Assembly: GCF_036321535.1 (NCBI RefSeq)
Contig: NC_087436.1
Span: 55,864,001 to 55,928,000, forward strand
Origin: Camelus dromedarius
Taxonomy: Eukaryota
Length of the DNA: 64,000 nucleotides
Reading direction: 5' to 3'
Below are positions 1 to 12,899 of the stretch, one piece after another. How positions within the stretch are numbered: position 1 is the stretch's first letter; every line of letters begins with the position of its first letter. The translations under genes and the position numbers were made by a program. Under the pieces are notes generated by a model, which was not told the DNA's origin, did no database searches, and saw only the letters and a program-made list of their open reading frames with translations.

Positions 1-19
1 TATATTTAAAAGTAACACG

Positions 20-990
20 TTTATTAAACATTTATTGTGCCCCAACTATGTCTCAGGTCTAAATTCAGGTTTGAATTAGAACATCTGCAAAACATAATCC
101 TAGCCATGAGAAAGTTTAGAGTCATGCATTTGAGACAAGCAAAGAAATCAGCAATAGCAATATAAAGTCATAAAGGTTTCAAAACTGATAAACTCATAGA
201 GAAATATGGTAATTTAGAAGAGAGTCCTATAATTTTGGGGAGTGATACTAGCGTTTTGGAACTATCACTCTGGCTGTGGGAAGTAAAATAGTGAAAAGTA
301 GGTAAGATACCCGCATGAGAAGTATCAATTTAGGAATTAGGCAGATGAGGATTGAGAACAAGGGCCATTATTGGCAGAGAAGATACAATTTTCACAAGGA
401 AGGAGGAGAGAAGAGAGACAGAGAAAGAGAAATAGAGAGAGACAGTAGAATGTAGGACGGGAAGAGGGAAGAGGGAAGGCAGGGAGGCAGGAAGGGCATG
501 AGAAGAACACATGGTACAATCACGGAGCTGAAAATTATCTGGAGAATGGAGAACAATGTGTGGAAAGTGGAGAAGGGGCCTATGATGAAACTGGAGAGAG
601 AGAGGCTGGGTCATAAAGGGGCTTGCACACCATGCTAAGGAACTGTGTGTTAATTGTGAAGATAACAGGGAACTATGGACTGCTTTAAGGCCAGAAAGTG
701 ACATTGATGTTTTATAAATCTCTTTCTGGTAAATGATTCAAGTAGAGAAGTCTAGAAGCAGGGAGATCAGAAAGGGACAACTGTCATAATAAGCTAGGTG
801 AGAGACAGTGATGGCCTGAACATAGTCAGTGACAGACAGTAAAGAAGGAAGACCTCGACTTTAGAGTATTAAAAATATAGAATTTACTGTCTTTAATGAC
901 TGATTAAATACATACGGACTTAAGCGAAAAAATGAGAATGATTTTCATAATACTAATGGGCAAATGGACAGATTATGGAAGCATTTAGGA
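20..990 (-). mobile_element. L2 (LINE2) fragments
   Basis: Starts with tttattaaacatttattgtgcc...actatg (reverse L2 3' end), followed by typical purine-rich antisense L2 body. Confidence 0.6.
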
Positions 991-1577
991 AAGAAAAACA
1001 GACCTATATGAGGAAATGTATAATTTATTATGTTGGTTCTCATTCATCAACAACATTAGTTTTTTTCTGAAAATAAAAATGTCTCTTCTGTTTTTTATTG
1101 AATTTATTGTAATGATTCTTTTTTCATTTTCATTGCCAGTAGGATAAGGAAGTATTTAATATGTTTTTACTAAACTATTTACTGTTCACTATTGTGTGTG
1201 TTTGTACCTAAGCAGGAAAAACTATTTTGTGTAAGGAATAGTAAAATCTCAGGAAAGGTCTTCAAGGTCTGTTACATTTAATAAATTCTCAATGCTAATT
1301 TGACATAGATGGTTCCATAAGCAAGCTTTCTCCAGAATGTCTTCCAGGGTACTCCAGACTACTTACTATGCATACATAACTAGAAGTAAAATTTCACTAA
1401 TTTGATAACTTTTATGAAAAATACTTTCTTCCTTGTAAAGAAAACATTTTTTTTCTGATAAATAATATGTTTTGAAGTAGGCGGATATTTTTTTAGCCAG
1501 AACTTCTACCAGCACATTCAAACTAGCTCATTTAAGGCTCAATAAAGAGCAAGAGTACTTTCAAGGCAGTTAATATA

Positions 1578-1620
1578 ATAATAACAACAACAACAACAAC
1601 TACAATAATAAATAAATAAA
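1578..1620. repeat. (AAC)n/(AAT)n microsatellite
   Basis: ataataacaacaacaacaacaactacaataataaataaataaa. Confidence 0.8.
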
Positions 1621-2329
1621 CAGAGGGTATATGGCAGAGTGAAGTAACTATGAGTACTCTAAGGAACACATTAAAATGCATGCAATATGCCATATGGTTA
1701 GGGTTTATTCTTCTATAGTCTTTAAGCAGAAGGACTTAAAACATCTAATGTATTATTTTCTACCTATAATACAAAAAGTTCCGCAAAAAAAAAAAAGCTG
1801 ATCATTATATAGGGCAATAAACCACTCTGGGGACAGGGGAAGACAAATTTCACTCTCTGTCATACAGAGAGAAAGATTGGATGTACTACAATCATACGTT
1901 AAATTAATATTAAATGAATGCACAGTACACCTTTTAAAAACACTAAGTACATAGTACAGGCATAATAGGAAATTTTCTCCAGAGATTACTTCCCTAGCAG
2001 ACCAAGTGCTGCTGACAGTAATTTAAAACTACAGTGACATTTCCTCAGTGGTTGTCAATTGCACTTCTATGAGCCTTCCTCAGAACACCAGGTACAGCTA
2101 GTAGTGTTTCTAATGTGTATACCTGAAAGCCTTCTAAACTGGAAAGAAAAATTGCCTCAGTTTATGTGGAAATTCTCCTATCACTGAAGCCTAAATTTTC
2201 AAAAGAGCAGCCAATAAGCTTTAAAAATAAATATGCTGTGAAGCAAAGGCTCATAATAAAAGCTGCCCTGTTGCTCCCAGCACCAGAGAACAATGGGAAG
2301 TCATTATGAGTCCTGGTCTATGCACAGTG

Positions 2330-5300
2330 AGAAGGATGGACATTGAGTCAGCAATTATCACTGTCATCATCATCAGTCAATTAGTGGAGGCTAACAACTA
2401 GGTTTGATACCAACAGAGGCAGGAAATGTAACAGAGAGATCAAGGAAAGAGACAAAGAGAGTCCGGCAAACCACTGTCATTCCAAAGAGATTGGGCACAT
2501 GCCCAATACTGTGCCTTCTGAGGAGTGACATCAGAGGCTGCCATTGCAAGGGAAACAGACTTCACCAAAATAGTCCAACCAAGTCACTAAACAAAAAAAA
2601 AAGAAAACAAATAACAAAAACAAGTCTCCATAAGGAGAGGATGACAGTTATCCAGAGCTGCTACAATACAGTATCTAAAAATCCCATATTCAACAACAAC
2701 AAAAAATTACAAGACATGCAAAGAACAGTAAAGTATGATGCATACCTGAGGGGAAAGAGCAAGCAACAGAAACTACTTCTGAAGGGGCCCAGTTGGTGGA
2801 CTTAACAGGCAAAACTACAAAGAAGCTATTATAAGTATGTTCAAAACTAAAGGAAATCATGTTTAAAGAAGTAATGGGAAAGTCTGATGACAATGTCTCA
2901 TCAAAAAGAAAATATCAATAAAGGATAGAAATTATATAAAAATAAGTAAGTGGAAATTCTGGCGTTTAAAATCACAATAGAAGTGAAAGATTCATTATGG
3001 GAATTCAAAAGTAGATTGAGTTGGTAGAAGAAAGAATCCATGAACTTGAAGACAGATCAATGGAAGAATAGATTATGTAATCTAAAGAACAGCAAGGATA
3101 AGAAACTAAGGAAAAAATAAACAATTTCAGAAAAATGTGGGACATCAAGTACACTCACATATACATAGAGAGAGTACAAGGGGGATAGGAGAAGAAAGGA
3201 GAAGAAAAATATTTAAAGAAATAATTGCCAAAATATTCCCAAATTTGATTAAAAATAATCCACATAACCAAGAAGTTCAAAGAATTCTGAGTAGGATAAA
3301 CATAAACTTATCTACATGCAGACATGTCACAGTAAAAATGTTGAAGGTCAAAGATGAAGAGAAAATCTTGAAAACAACAAAAGAAAAATGATTCATTACC
3401 TCCAAAAGAAACCTAATACTATCAACAGCTGACATCATCCGAAACAATGGAGGCCACAGGCAGTAGGATGACATATTCAAAGTACTGGGGGCGGGGGGGA
3501 ACAACCCTGCAAATCAGAAATCTTATATCTAGAAAATTGTCTTTCATAATACAAGACTTTCTTAGATAAACAGAAGTGGAGAGAATTTTTTGCTAGTAGA
3601 CTTCCTTAAAAGAAATGCTAAAACTCTACTGCACGTTGTAAGTAAATAATTCCAGATAGTAATTCAAATCTGCATGAAAAAATTAAAAGTGCTAGTAAAA
3701 ATAATTATGTAATTAAAAATATAGTATAAATACATATTCTCCTTGTTTCTACTAACTTATTTAAAAAGTAATTATACAAAGCAATATGCATAAAATTATA
3801 CTGTGGGATATATAATATATAGAAGTATAATAAATTTGAGAATAATAGCTCAAAATGTGAGTAGGGACAAACCTTAATAAAGTAAGGAAATGACACAAAA
3901 CGGTCACTTAAATCCACAGGAAAATTAATTAAATGAACTAAAAATGATAAATAATAAAATAAGTATAACAAATCTTTAAATATATATTTGCTCTCCTTTC
4001 CTCTATCAGCTTCTTTAAAAAACATGACATTACATAAATACGTCAATGCATTTTGGGGTTTGTAACATACATAGATTTAATATATATAACAATACCAACA
4101 CAAAAAGGGAGAAGAGGAAACAGATCTACATGGGAACAACATTTCTATAGTTCACTGCAATTAAGTTAGTACAAATGTAAAGTAGATTCAGATAAGTTAA
4201 CGTGCATATGGTAAGCCTTGGAGCAAATACTAAGAAAATAACTCTAAGTTAAATAAATTTTTAAAAGAATTAAAATACTACACAACAAAATACTTAATGT
4301 AAGACAAAGCAGTAAAGTAGGATCAGAGGAACAAAAAACACACAAGACATAGTAAAAAAAAAATTAAACAGCAAATATAAATCCAATTTTATGTATGATA
4401 ACATTAAATGTAAATGAATTAATCCAACAAAAAAGAGAGACTCAGATAATAAAAAATCAAGATCCAACTATATGTTGCATAGGAACACCACCTTAGAATC
4501 AAAGTTACAAAAGGCTGGAAATAAAAGTAGGAAAAACTACATTATGAAAATGACAATTATAAGAAGGCTAGAATGGCTATATTAATATGAAACAGAAGAA
4601 ACTGTGAGACAAAAAAGTTAACAGAAACAAAGAGGAACAATTTATAATGATAATGATAAAAGGGTCAATCGATCAGGAATATATAAGAATTATAAATATA
4701 TACACAGCTAACAACAAAGCCCCAAAACACATGAAGAAAAAAATGACAAAACTGAAGGTAGAAATAGAAAATTTAACAATAGCAGTTGGGGATTTCAGTC
4801 CCTCATAGTCAATAATGGATATATCAACAATGTAGAAGAGTAACAAAGAAATAAAAGCCCTGCACAACACAAAAACCAATGGCCTAAAAGAAATCTATAG
4901 AACACCCATTAAGAGGAGATCATGCCTTCTTCTCAAGTGCATGAGGAACATTCGCCAGCACAGACCATATGCTAGGCTATAAAAGAAGCCTCAATAAGTT
5001 TACAGATATTAAAATCATAAAATATATGATCTCCAACCACAGTAGAATGAAATTAGAAATCAATAAATCAAATTTGGAAAATTCAAATATATGTTGAACA
5101 AAACATTCCTTAATAATGAATGGGTAAAAGAAATCATGTAGTCAATTAGAAAATACTTAGAGATAAAAAATGTAAAGACACAAGTAGCAATACTTGTGGG
5201 ATGTAGGTAAATCAGTGCTTAGAGGAAATTTATAGCTGTAAATGCTTTTTTTTTTTTTTTTTTTCAAAAAGCTCCCCTATCAATAAGCTACCCTTTCACC

Positions 5301-5950
5301 TTGAGACATTGGTAAAAGAAGAGCAGATCAATCCTAAAGCAAGCAGAAGAAAAGTTTTAATGATAAAACTTTCAATAGATTGACTAAGAATAAAATAGAG
5401 AAGGCTTAAATTACTAAAATCAGGATGAAAGAGGGGACATCACTACTGATATTACAGAAATAAATGACATCATAAGGGTATACTATGAACTAGATGCCAA
5501 CAAATTACTTAGATGAAATAAACAAATTCATGAATTTAACTATAAGAAGTAAAAAGACTGAATTAGGAATTTTGAAATTTCCCATAAAGAAAATCCCAGT
5601 ACCGGAGGATGGTTTCACTCGTGAATTGCACCAAACATTTAAAGAATTAATACCAATTATTCACATGCCCTTCAAAAAAACAGAAAAGGAGGGAATACTT
5701 CTCATTTAATTCCATGAGGTCATTATAACCATGATACAAAACATACTAAAGACATCATACACAAAAAGAAACATATAAACCAATATTTGATTAATATAAA
5801 AATAAAAATTCTCGAAAAAAGTACTAGCAAACCAAAACAATGAATAATGATTATACACAATAACCAAGTAGGATTTATGCCAGAATTGCAAGACTATTTT
5901 AGCATACAAAACCTAACTAATGTAATACACTATATAAAAATAATAAAGGA
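2330..5950 (+). mobile_element. Old L1 (L1MB-like), 5' part: ORF1, spacer, ORF2 endonuclease and start of RT, degenerate
   Basis: ORF 3137..3391 (KIFKEIIAKIFPNL...EVQRILSRIN) is ORF1-like. ORF 5494..5709 (PEDGFTRELHQTFKELIPI) is ORF2-like. Confidence 0.85.
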
Positions 5951-6690
5951 CAATTCTCACAAAGGCCAGCATTGGCTTCTCAAAACCTAAATCCTATTAT
6001 TTTCCTCTTCTGCTTAAAACTCTCCAGTGGAGAATAAAACACAAATTCCTTATCCTGGCAAACAGGCTCTAGATCAGTGGGTCCTGAGTTTGAGGATGCA
6101 TCACCAGGAGGGTCTCGTTAAAATTCAGACTGCCTGGCTCCATCCCCAAGACTCTGATTCAGTAGGTCTGGGATGGGGCCTGAGAATCTGCATTACTCAC
6201 AGAGTTTCTGGTGATGCTGATACTGCTGGTCTGGGGACCGCACTTGGAGAACTAGCGCTCTGCCTGTTCAGTCAGCTCCCTGTCAAATCTCTAGCTCCAT
6301 CTCCTAACACTCTCGTTGTACGTTATACTCCAGCCTTTCTGACTTTCCTGACCCTCAACACCCCATGCTTGTTTCAGGTCAAGGTCTCCGCACTAAATGT
6401 TCCCTCTGCCTAAATTCAATCTCCCCTTTATCTTCATCTTCTTAGAAGGGCCTTCTTAACCACCCAAGCTAAAGGAACTCTCCACCACTCTCCATCTACA
6501 TTACTCTCCTGTTTCACTGTCTTGTCATGGGAGCTGATCTCTACCTGAAGGTATGTGATAATTATTTGCTCATTACCTGTCTCCTCTAAACAGTGTAAGT
6601 TCCATGCGGGCAGGGACTTCTTCTGGATTTCTGGTTTATCTGTAGCACTTGGAGGCCAACGATAATTAATTTTTTGATGAACACATAAAT
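5951..6690 (+). mobile_element. L2 3' fragment interrupted by MER5A
   Basis: ttctgcttaaaactctccagtgg...tgtaagttccatgcgggcagggac...tttgatgaa are typical L2 3' motifs. Confidence 0.7.
6074..6255. mobile_element. MER5A (hAT-Charlie MITE)
   Basis: cagtgggtcc...gactctgattcagtaggtctgggatggggcctgagaatctgcatt...ggtgatgctgatactgctggtctggggaccgcacttggagaac. Confidence 0.85.
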
Positions 6691-7759
6691 CTATGGAGGA
6701 GACCAGACCTGTGGTTTGAGTTTTCTAGTCACAAGAAGATTTTCATCACTAGCCACATAGATACCTAATAACTCTACATCAGTTGGTATCTTTCCATTAC
6801 TCTCATCCAAGAACCTTTTGTTCCCCATGTCATCCGTAATTAGAAAATTTGTTCCACACGTCATTTGTAATTAGAAAATTAGACTGGGAGGTATAATTTA
6901 GTACAAAGCTAGTGGAATGTCAGTTCTGTTAAGTGGGGATATAGTAATATTAGCTTTATTCTAACAAAGAAAATTAAGCTATTTTGTAAAAAGAGGAATG
7001 GTATTGTAAGCAAATGAAACATATTTTAACATGAAGCAGAACTAAAATTTATTATGATGTGAAGGTACATCTCTGATTCCAGGCACGGGACCCTTGACAA
7101 ATGACCAAAACTGCAAGTCTTTAAAAGGAAATGCTGATTTGCAAGATTCTTTTTTAATGTTGTTAGAGCCATTTGAGTAATTCAGTTTTCAAACCAAACA
7201 AAAACGTAAAACATCGCTTCTCTTAGACACTGGATTATTTAACAACTGTGTTTCCCAGCTCTTACAAAAATCTTAATTTTTACATCATTTGAGTGGCTTC
7301 TCACAATGTTGGCCATGAAAGTTTATCTTCACGAGACGTTTAATGTTTGCTTCAAATTCAAATTCATTTCTTTTGGTTGGGAAGAAAAACACTGCACTTT
7401 AGAACCAGATCACTGCCAGAGGTTTTTAATGGCACTTCATAAATGCGTATCCATAATCCTCCACCCTCGTAGTCATTGTAACAAATGCATCAATTATGTG
7501 GACTTTTTTCTGGGTAATTATTTGATCATTAGCCTAATACATGGCCCCACTTAATATATAAACATACTCACTCTTCTCTTGATGTCCTGCTAAACATCAC
7601 AGAATACCTACCACATGGTGATATTTAGTGGGTACTTAATGAAGGACCAGTAGAGCAATCAAAGAGAACAGAAGCATAAAGTCATATTCAGAGAAAGGAA
7701 ACCTGTTTTTTACCATGGTTTGTACAGCCCCATGATCTCAGAGAAAACATTTTCTTTAA

Positions 7760-7874
7760 GAATAAAATATTCATGTATATGTATAACTGGATCACTTTAC
7801 TGTACACCTGAAACTAACATTGTAAATCAACTACACTTCAATAAAAAATAAAATAAAATACATAAAAAATAAAA
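7760..7874 (+). mobile_element. Lineage-type L1 3' tail with A-rich end
   Basis: gtataactggatcactttactgtacacctgaaactaacattgtaaatcaactacacttcaataaaaaataaaataaaa. Confidence 0.85.
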
Positions 7875-10092
7875 AATAAAGGAAAAAATCCATTTGATTA
7901 TCTCAATAGATGCAGAAAAGTCATTTTAGAAAACCTAATACTCTTTCATTATAAAAACACTCAGAAAATGAGGAATAGAAAGGAACTTCTTCAGTTTCTG
8001 CTGTTAAAATCCGCAACTAGCATCATGCAGCATTTGGTGAAAGACTAATGCTTTCCCAAAAAGGTCTGGAACATGAGAGATGTCCACTCTCATCACTTCT
8101 ATTCAAATTTTACTGGAGTTTCTGGGCAGGGCAATTAGGCAAGAAAAAGAAATAAAACCCACCTAGATTGGAAGAAATAAGTAAAATTGTATTTGTAATT
8201 GATATAATCTTCTATATATAGAAAATCTTAAGGAATCCATTAAAAAAAAACTATTAAAACTAGTTAAGTTCAACAAAGTTGCAGGGAACATGGTCAACAT
8301 ACAATAATTATTTGTATTCCATATACCATCAACAAGCAATCCAAAATGATTATCAAGAAAATAATTCCATTTACTGTAGCATCAAAAAGAGTGAAATGTT
8401 TAGGAATAAACTTAATAAAAGCAGCGTACAACTTGGTCACTAAAAGCTACAAATCACTGTTGAAAGAACTAAAGACCTAAATATATGGGAAATCATCCCC
8501 TGTTTACAAATTGGATGGCTTTACATTATCAAAATGAAAATGCTTATACTAAATTGATGGACAGAATCAGCACATTATGCATCAAAATCCTGCCTAGAAT
8601 TTTTTCCAGCAATTAAAAAAAATAATCCTAGAAGTCATATGGAAATTTAAGGGATCCACACTAGCCAAAACAAACTTGAGAAAAAAAACTGATGAACTCG
8701 TACTTTCTGATTTCATAACTTACTACAAAAGCCACAGAAATCAAGACAACGTGTGACTGGCATAGGATAAACATGTAAATCAATGGAAAAGAACTGCAAA
8801 TACAGAAATGAACTCTCACATTTATGGGCAAGTGATTTCTGACACGGGATGACAATTCAATGTCAAATCAATAGTTTTCAACAAATGGTACAAGAACTAA
8901 TGAATATCTATATGCAAAAGGATGATGGAATTCTTCCTCTTATCATGCACAATTAATTCACAATGGATTAGAGGCCAAATGTAAGAGGTAAAAATATTGA
9001 GCCTGGATAAACAGGAATAAATATTCATCATTATATGCAAGACAAAATTTTTGAACATATAATACCAAAATAATAAGCAATAAAACAAAAAATAAACTAG
9101 CTTTCATTAAAATTAAAATTTGGGGCTTCTAAAATTACCATCAAGAAAGTGAAGAGACAATGTATAGAATCAGAGAAAATACTTGCTAATTATGTACTGA
9201 TCCATACATTACATAATTTATAATGATAACACTTTGTATAGGGACTCAGATTTAGAAATACAAAGAAATATTATAATTGAATAAGAAAAAGTCACATATT
9301 CCAATAACAAACGGATAAAGGTTTTGAATAGACATTTCTCCAAAAATATAAAAATGGCCAGTTAGAATATAAAGACGTTAAATATCATTAGTCATTAGGG
9401 AAATGCAAATCAAAACAATAATAAGGAATCATTTTATACCCACAAGGAGGGCAACAGTAATTCTTTAAAAACATGAAATAGTAGTGTTGGCAAGAATATG
9501 GAGAAATTTGATCTCATATATCTTGCTAGTGGAGATGCAAAGTTGTGCAACTGTTTTGGAAAATTTCCCAGAAGTTCCTTAAAATGTTAAGCATAGAGTT
9601 ACTATACAGCCCAGAAATTCCACTCCCAGGTATGTCCCCAAAGAAAATGAAAGCATATGTCCATGCAAAAACTTATACATGAATGTCAAGCATTATTTAT
9701 TGCAGCCAAAAAATGAAACAACCCAAACATCTATCAAGAATAGATAAATAAATTTGGTATACCCATACAACAGAATATTATTTAGCAATATAAGGAAATG
9801 AAGTATTGATAAATGCCACAGCAGGCAAAAGCCTTGAAAACATGTATGTGTGCTTCAATTTATATGAAATGTCCAAAATAGGCAAGTATGTAGAGAAAAA
9901 AATTAGATTGGAATTGGGAGATAGGAAGATTGGGTGGTGATAGCTAAAGGGTGCAGAGTTTCCTTTTGAGGTGATGAAAATATTCTAAAATTAGATTGTA
10001 GTGATGGCTGCACATCTCCGAATACACTTAAAACCTCTGAGCTGCATATTGTATAATGGTGAATTATATCTCGATAAGGTGTTAAAATAAAA
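7875..10092 (+). mobile_element. Old L1 (L1MB-like), 3' part: RT to 3' UTR; continuation of the 2330-5950 element
   Basis: Resumes at the [16 protein letters not shown] segment and ends with the L1MB-type gtgatgaaaatattctaaaattagattgtagtgatggctgcac 3' UTR. Confidence 0.85.
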
Positions 10093-10094
10093 TC

Positions 10095-10610
10095 CAAGAC
10101 AGAAAAAAAAGTCTAAGATTTCACATTACTTGCAAACTAAAAAATTAGCCTGCCACAGTCTCAAGGATGCTGGCAAAAGATACAGGCTTCCTGGGTCAGA
10201 GACAAAGGACTTTATAACTCACAGTGCAAAAAAACAGCATGAGCATCATTGTTTTTGCCTCAGTTCTTCTTGCCCCTAAGTTCCATGAGATAACAGAAAA
10301 GATTCCAGATGGATACTTGCAAATGTGAATTGTATTACATGAGTGGAATCCTGAGCTCAGGAAACCTGAGTTTTTCACAGTGGGCATTAAAGCTGCCTAC
10401 TTTGCTCTCTGCCCTAGAGAGACATTATCTTGTCTCCCAAGGCTGTAAGCAAACCTGCTCTTTGTTCTGGAGGGAGACACTATGTATAGCTTCCAAGACT
10501 TTTTGCTTTAACAACATACATGAAAATACAGTCCAAAACAAAGGGCAATCAGTGCCTCACTCACAAAACATGCAGAAACATGAGAGACTCATGGAAAATT
10601 GTTCCCAAAT
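10095..10610 (-). mobile_element. ERVL-class solo LTR (MER74/MER54-like)
   Basis: Reverse strand reads ataaagtcctttgtctctgacccaggaagcc...gccagcatcc...ctgtggcaggctaa, the family's 3' motif. Confidence 0.6.
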
Positions 10611-10734
10611 AGAGAGCAATTCAAGAATTCTCCAAGTCAAGAGACAAAGTTAAAAACTGGGTCTGTAGAGAGACACAGAGCAAAAGCCCAAGAGTCTTTA
10701 TATTTTCATTAAGTTGATTCATAAGGCAGATGAA

Positions 10735-11045
10735 AAGCTGAGTTAGAGGCAAGATGTAGTAAGGAATTGTAAAAGTCAAAAGAAGAAAAAAGAGAGTGTA
10801 TTGAGTAGATAACACAGAGTAGTTCAGTATATTAAGTTGGTTGTTATTCCTCATAACATCTGCTCTATTATTTGTGACGCTCAGCATGTGGCTCCAAAAA
10901 AGTATTGTGCAGTGGTCTAACTGGTTGCTCAGGCTGCAGCCACACTTCTGTCAGTTCTACAATATAGCTCCAATCCATCACTCCCTTCATCATAAAGTTC
11001 AAATTTCTTATTAACCCTTGAGGTCCTTCCTTTTTTCTAGGACAT
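10735..11045 (-). pseudogene. Candidate exon with the most complete RGS-like domain
   Basis: Acceptor tattttacaaag. RNLNFM...VRPLHNTFLEPHAERH (ORF 10868..11092) is followed, after one frameshift, by SVLSTQYTLFFLLLTFTIPYYI (ORF 10621..10887). The 3' end is not defined. Confidence 0.5.
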
Positions 11046-11833
11046 CTTTGTAAAATAAATACAGTCCTTTGTCTCTTAGGCTCACCAGTCACTGATGCAT
11101 GAAGTTCATATATTTAGTGTCAATTTTATTTTTCACAATTTGCAATATTTTCTGATCTTTCACATTGATAGCCTACCTGGGAGGCCTAATCAACAGTCAA
11201 CTAACAAATAAAGATTACAAAAACAGAAATAAATTATAAGAAATTCCAGTGCTCCAGTTTATTTGAACATATGTCCTTGGCCAGTCTGACAACTAGTTAC
11301 AGTGTCAAGATAAAAGAACTGAGGACAAACTAGTAGGGGAGGAAGTAGAACATAGTTACCTTAGTCTTCCTCTGTTTTCTGACCTTATTCACAAATTACA
11401 AGTTATTTTTAGCATTTCTATGGGTAGAGTATTGTAAGGCTAGTCTACCTTATCTTCGACAATCATTCCCGGTTTTCCCCTCCATCTATAATGAAGGCTT
11501 AAAACAATTTATCATAAGCCTGATTCCTGTTAATCTAATGGCTTCACTTCATTTGAATTACAACATAAAACCTCTTTCTCAAGAAATCTAATGATTAAGT
11601 CCCTATCCAACCAAAAAGTTTTTTTTTAAGTGAGTGGCTTAGTTCCAGCTTCATGAGGGGAAAAGGAAAATTTTGCACACAGCAAAACTGAAAGTCTGAA
11701 AAATTGACCATAATCAATGATAGTAACCAACAAGAACTTGTCCTTCAGTTCATTAAATTCTACTTCTGTATGTTCTCTGAAAGCAATCTGGATCTCCTTC
11801 ATACTGACGCAAGGGAAGAAATTCTTCACTTAC

Positions 11834-11950
11834 CATGTACCAAAGAGCTGAAGAAGGATTCTTTCATTCTTGAGGGTATTTCCTAACCAAGACTTATTTT
11901 CTATTTCACCATTTCCCACATGTTGGATATCCATTTCCCCTGAATATATG
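11834..11950 (-). pseudogene. Candidate exon, open frame IYSGEMDIQHVGNGEIENKSWLGNTLKNERILLQLFGT
   Basis: Acceptor cctatttctag, donor ATG|GTAAGT, 117 nt, phase 2-2, no internal stop. Confidence 0.5.
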
Positions 11951-12029
11951 CTAGAAATAGGACTATAATAAACACTCCATTAGGAGAAATTATTTTTCAT
12001 CTAATAGGCAATCACCATTCATTCCACTT

Positions 12030-12480
12030 ATGTTCTAATACACAAAGGCAGCAGAGTTTAAAACAGTATTTCCCAGTCTCCCATGCAGTTAGGAATCTGA
12101 GTATTATGTAGGTATACTGCCATTTAGATCACATAGGTGAGACAATTCAAATTAATAAGAGGATAGGGTCAGGATATAGCATGTCTGTTTTGTTGGCATG
12201 GATTGTGGTTCAAAGTCGAGGTTCTTGAATCAGCTGGGGTTCTCTGATTCAACAAAGACCTTCCAATATCTGAAGCTTCACTGAAGGATTGGAGAAATGA
12301 AAATTGCAAGACTCTGGAGCAGAAAAGTCTGGTGGAAGATTGTGTTTCTAAACTTGGCAGAAAAAGTGGCAACTTTTGTGGCTTAGTTCTGTAATATGGT
12401 TTTAAAAGTTTGTCATGGAATTATCATAACTTCACTTCTGGGTTCTTGCCTGATATTTTGCAAGAGCATGGGCAGCCATG
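12030..12480 (+). mobile_element. Ancient ERVL LTR remnant (LTR33/LTR16-like)
   Basis: tatttcccagtctcccatgcagttagg...ctgccatttagatcac...gtgagac motif. Confidence 0.4.
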
Positions 12481-12899
12481 AGGCTAACTGAGAGAAATAA
12501 AGCATTTTAAAATAATTAATTATAATTACACATATTTCATAATGTACAGAAATTTCAGAATAAAATAAGGAAAATAATCTTACATAGTGTAATCAAAACA
12601 CCATGATTAGAAATTTAGAATATTTCCTCTAATCTATTCTTTATTCAAAAGTTTCTGTTTTACAGCTATGATTATATTGTAGAAACTATTTTATAAACTA
12701 CCATTTCCATAAAACAGTAAGAATTTCTCATGTCATTTAAACCCTTCAAAATCATATATATCTGCGTAGGATTTTATAATAAGGGATGTTCCTTTCCACT
12801 TACAGTATTTTATACAGTAAGCAGAGCAATTTTCCAAAACATTCATGTCATTTTGAAACATCCCGTACTCTTCTCCATGGAGATGGAACAAATTACTTG

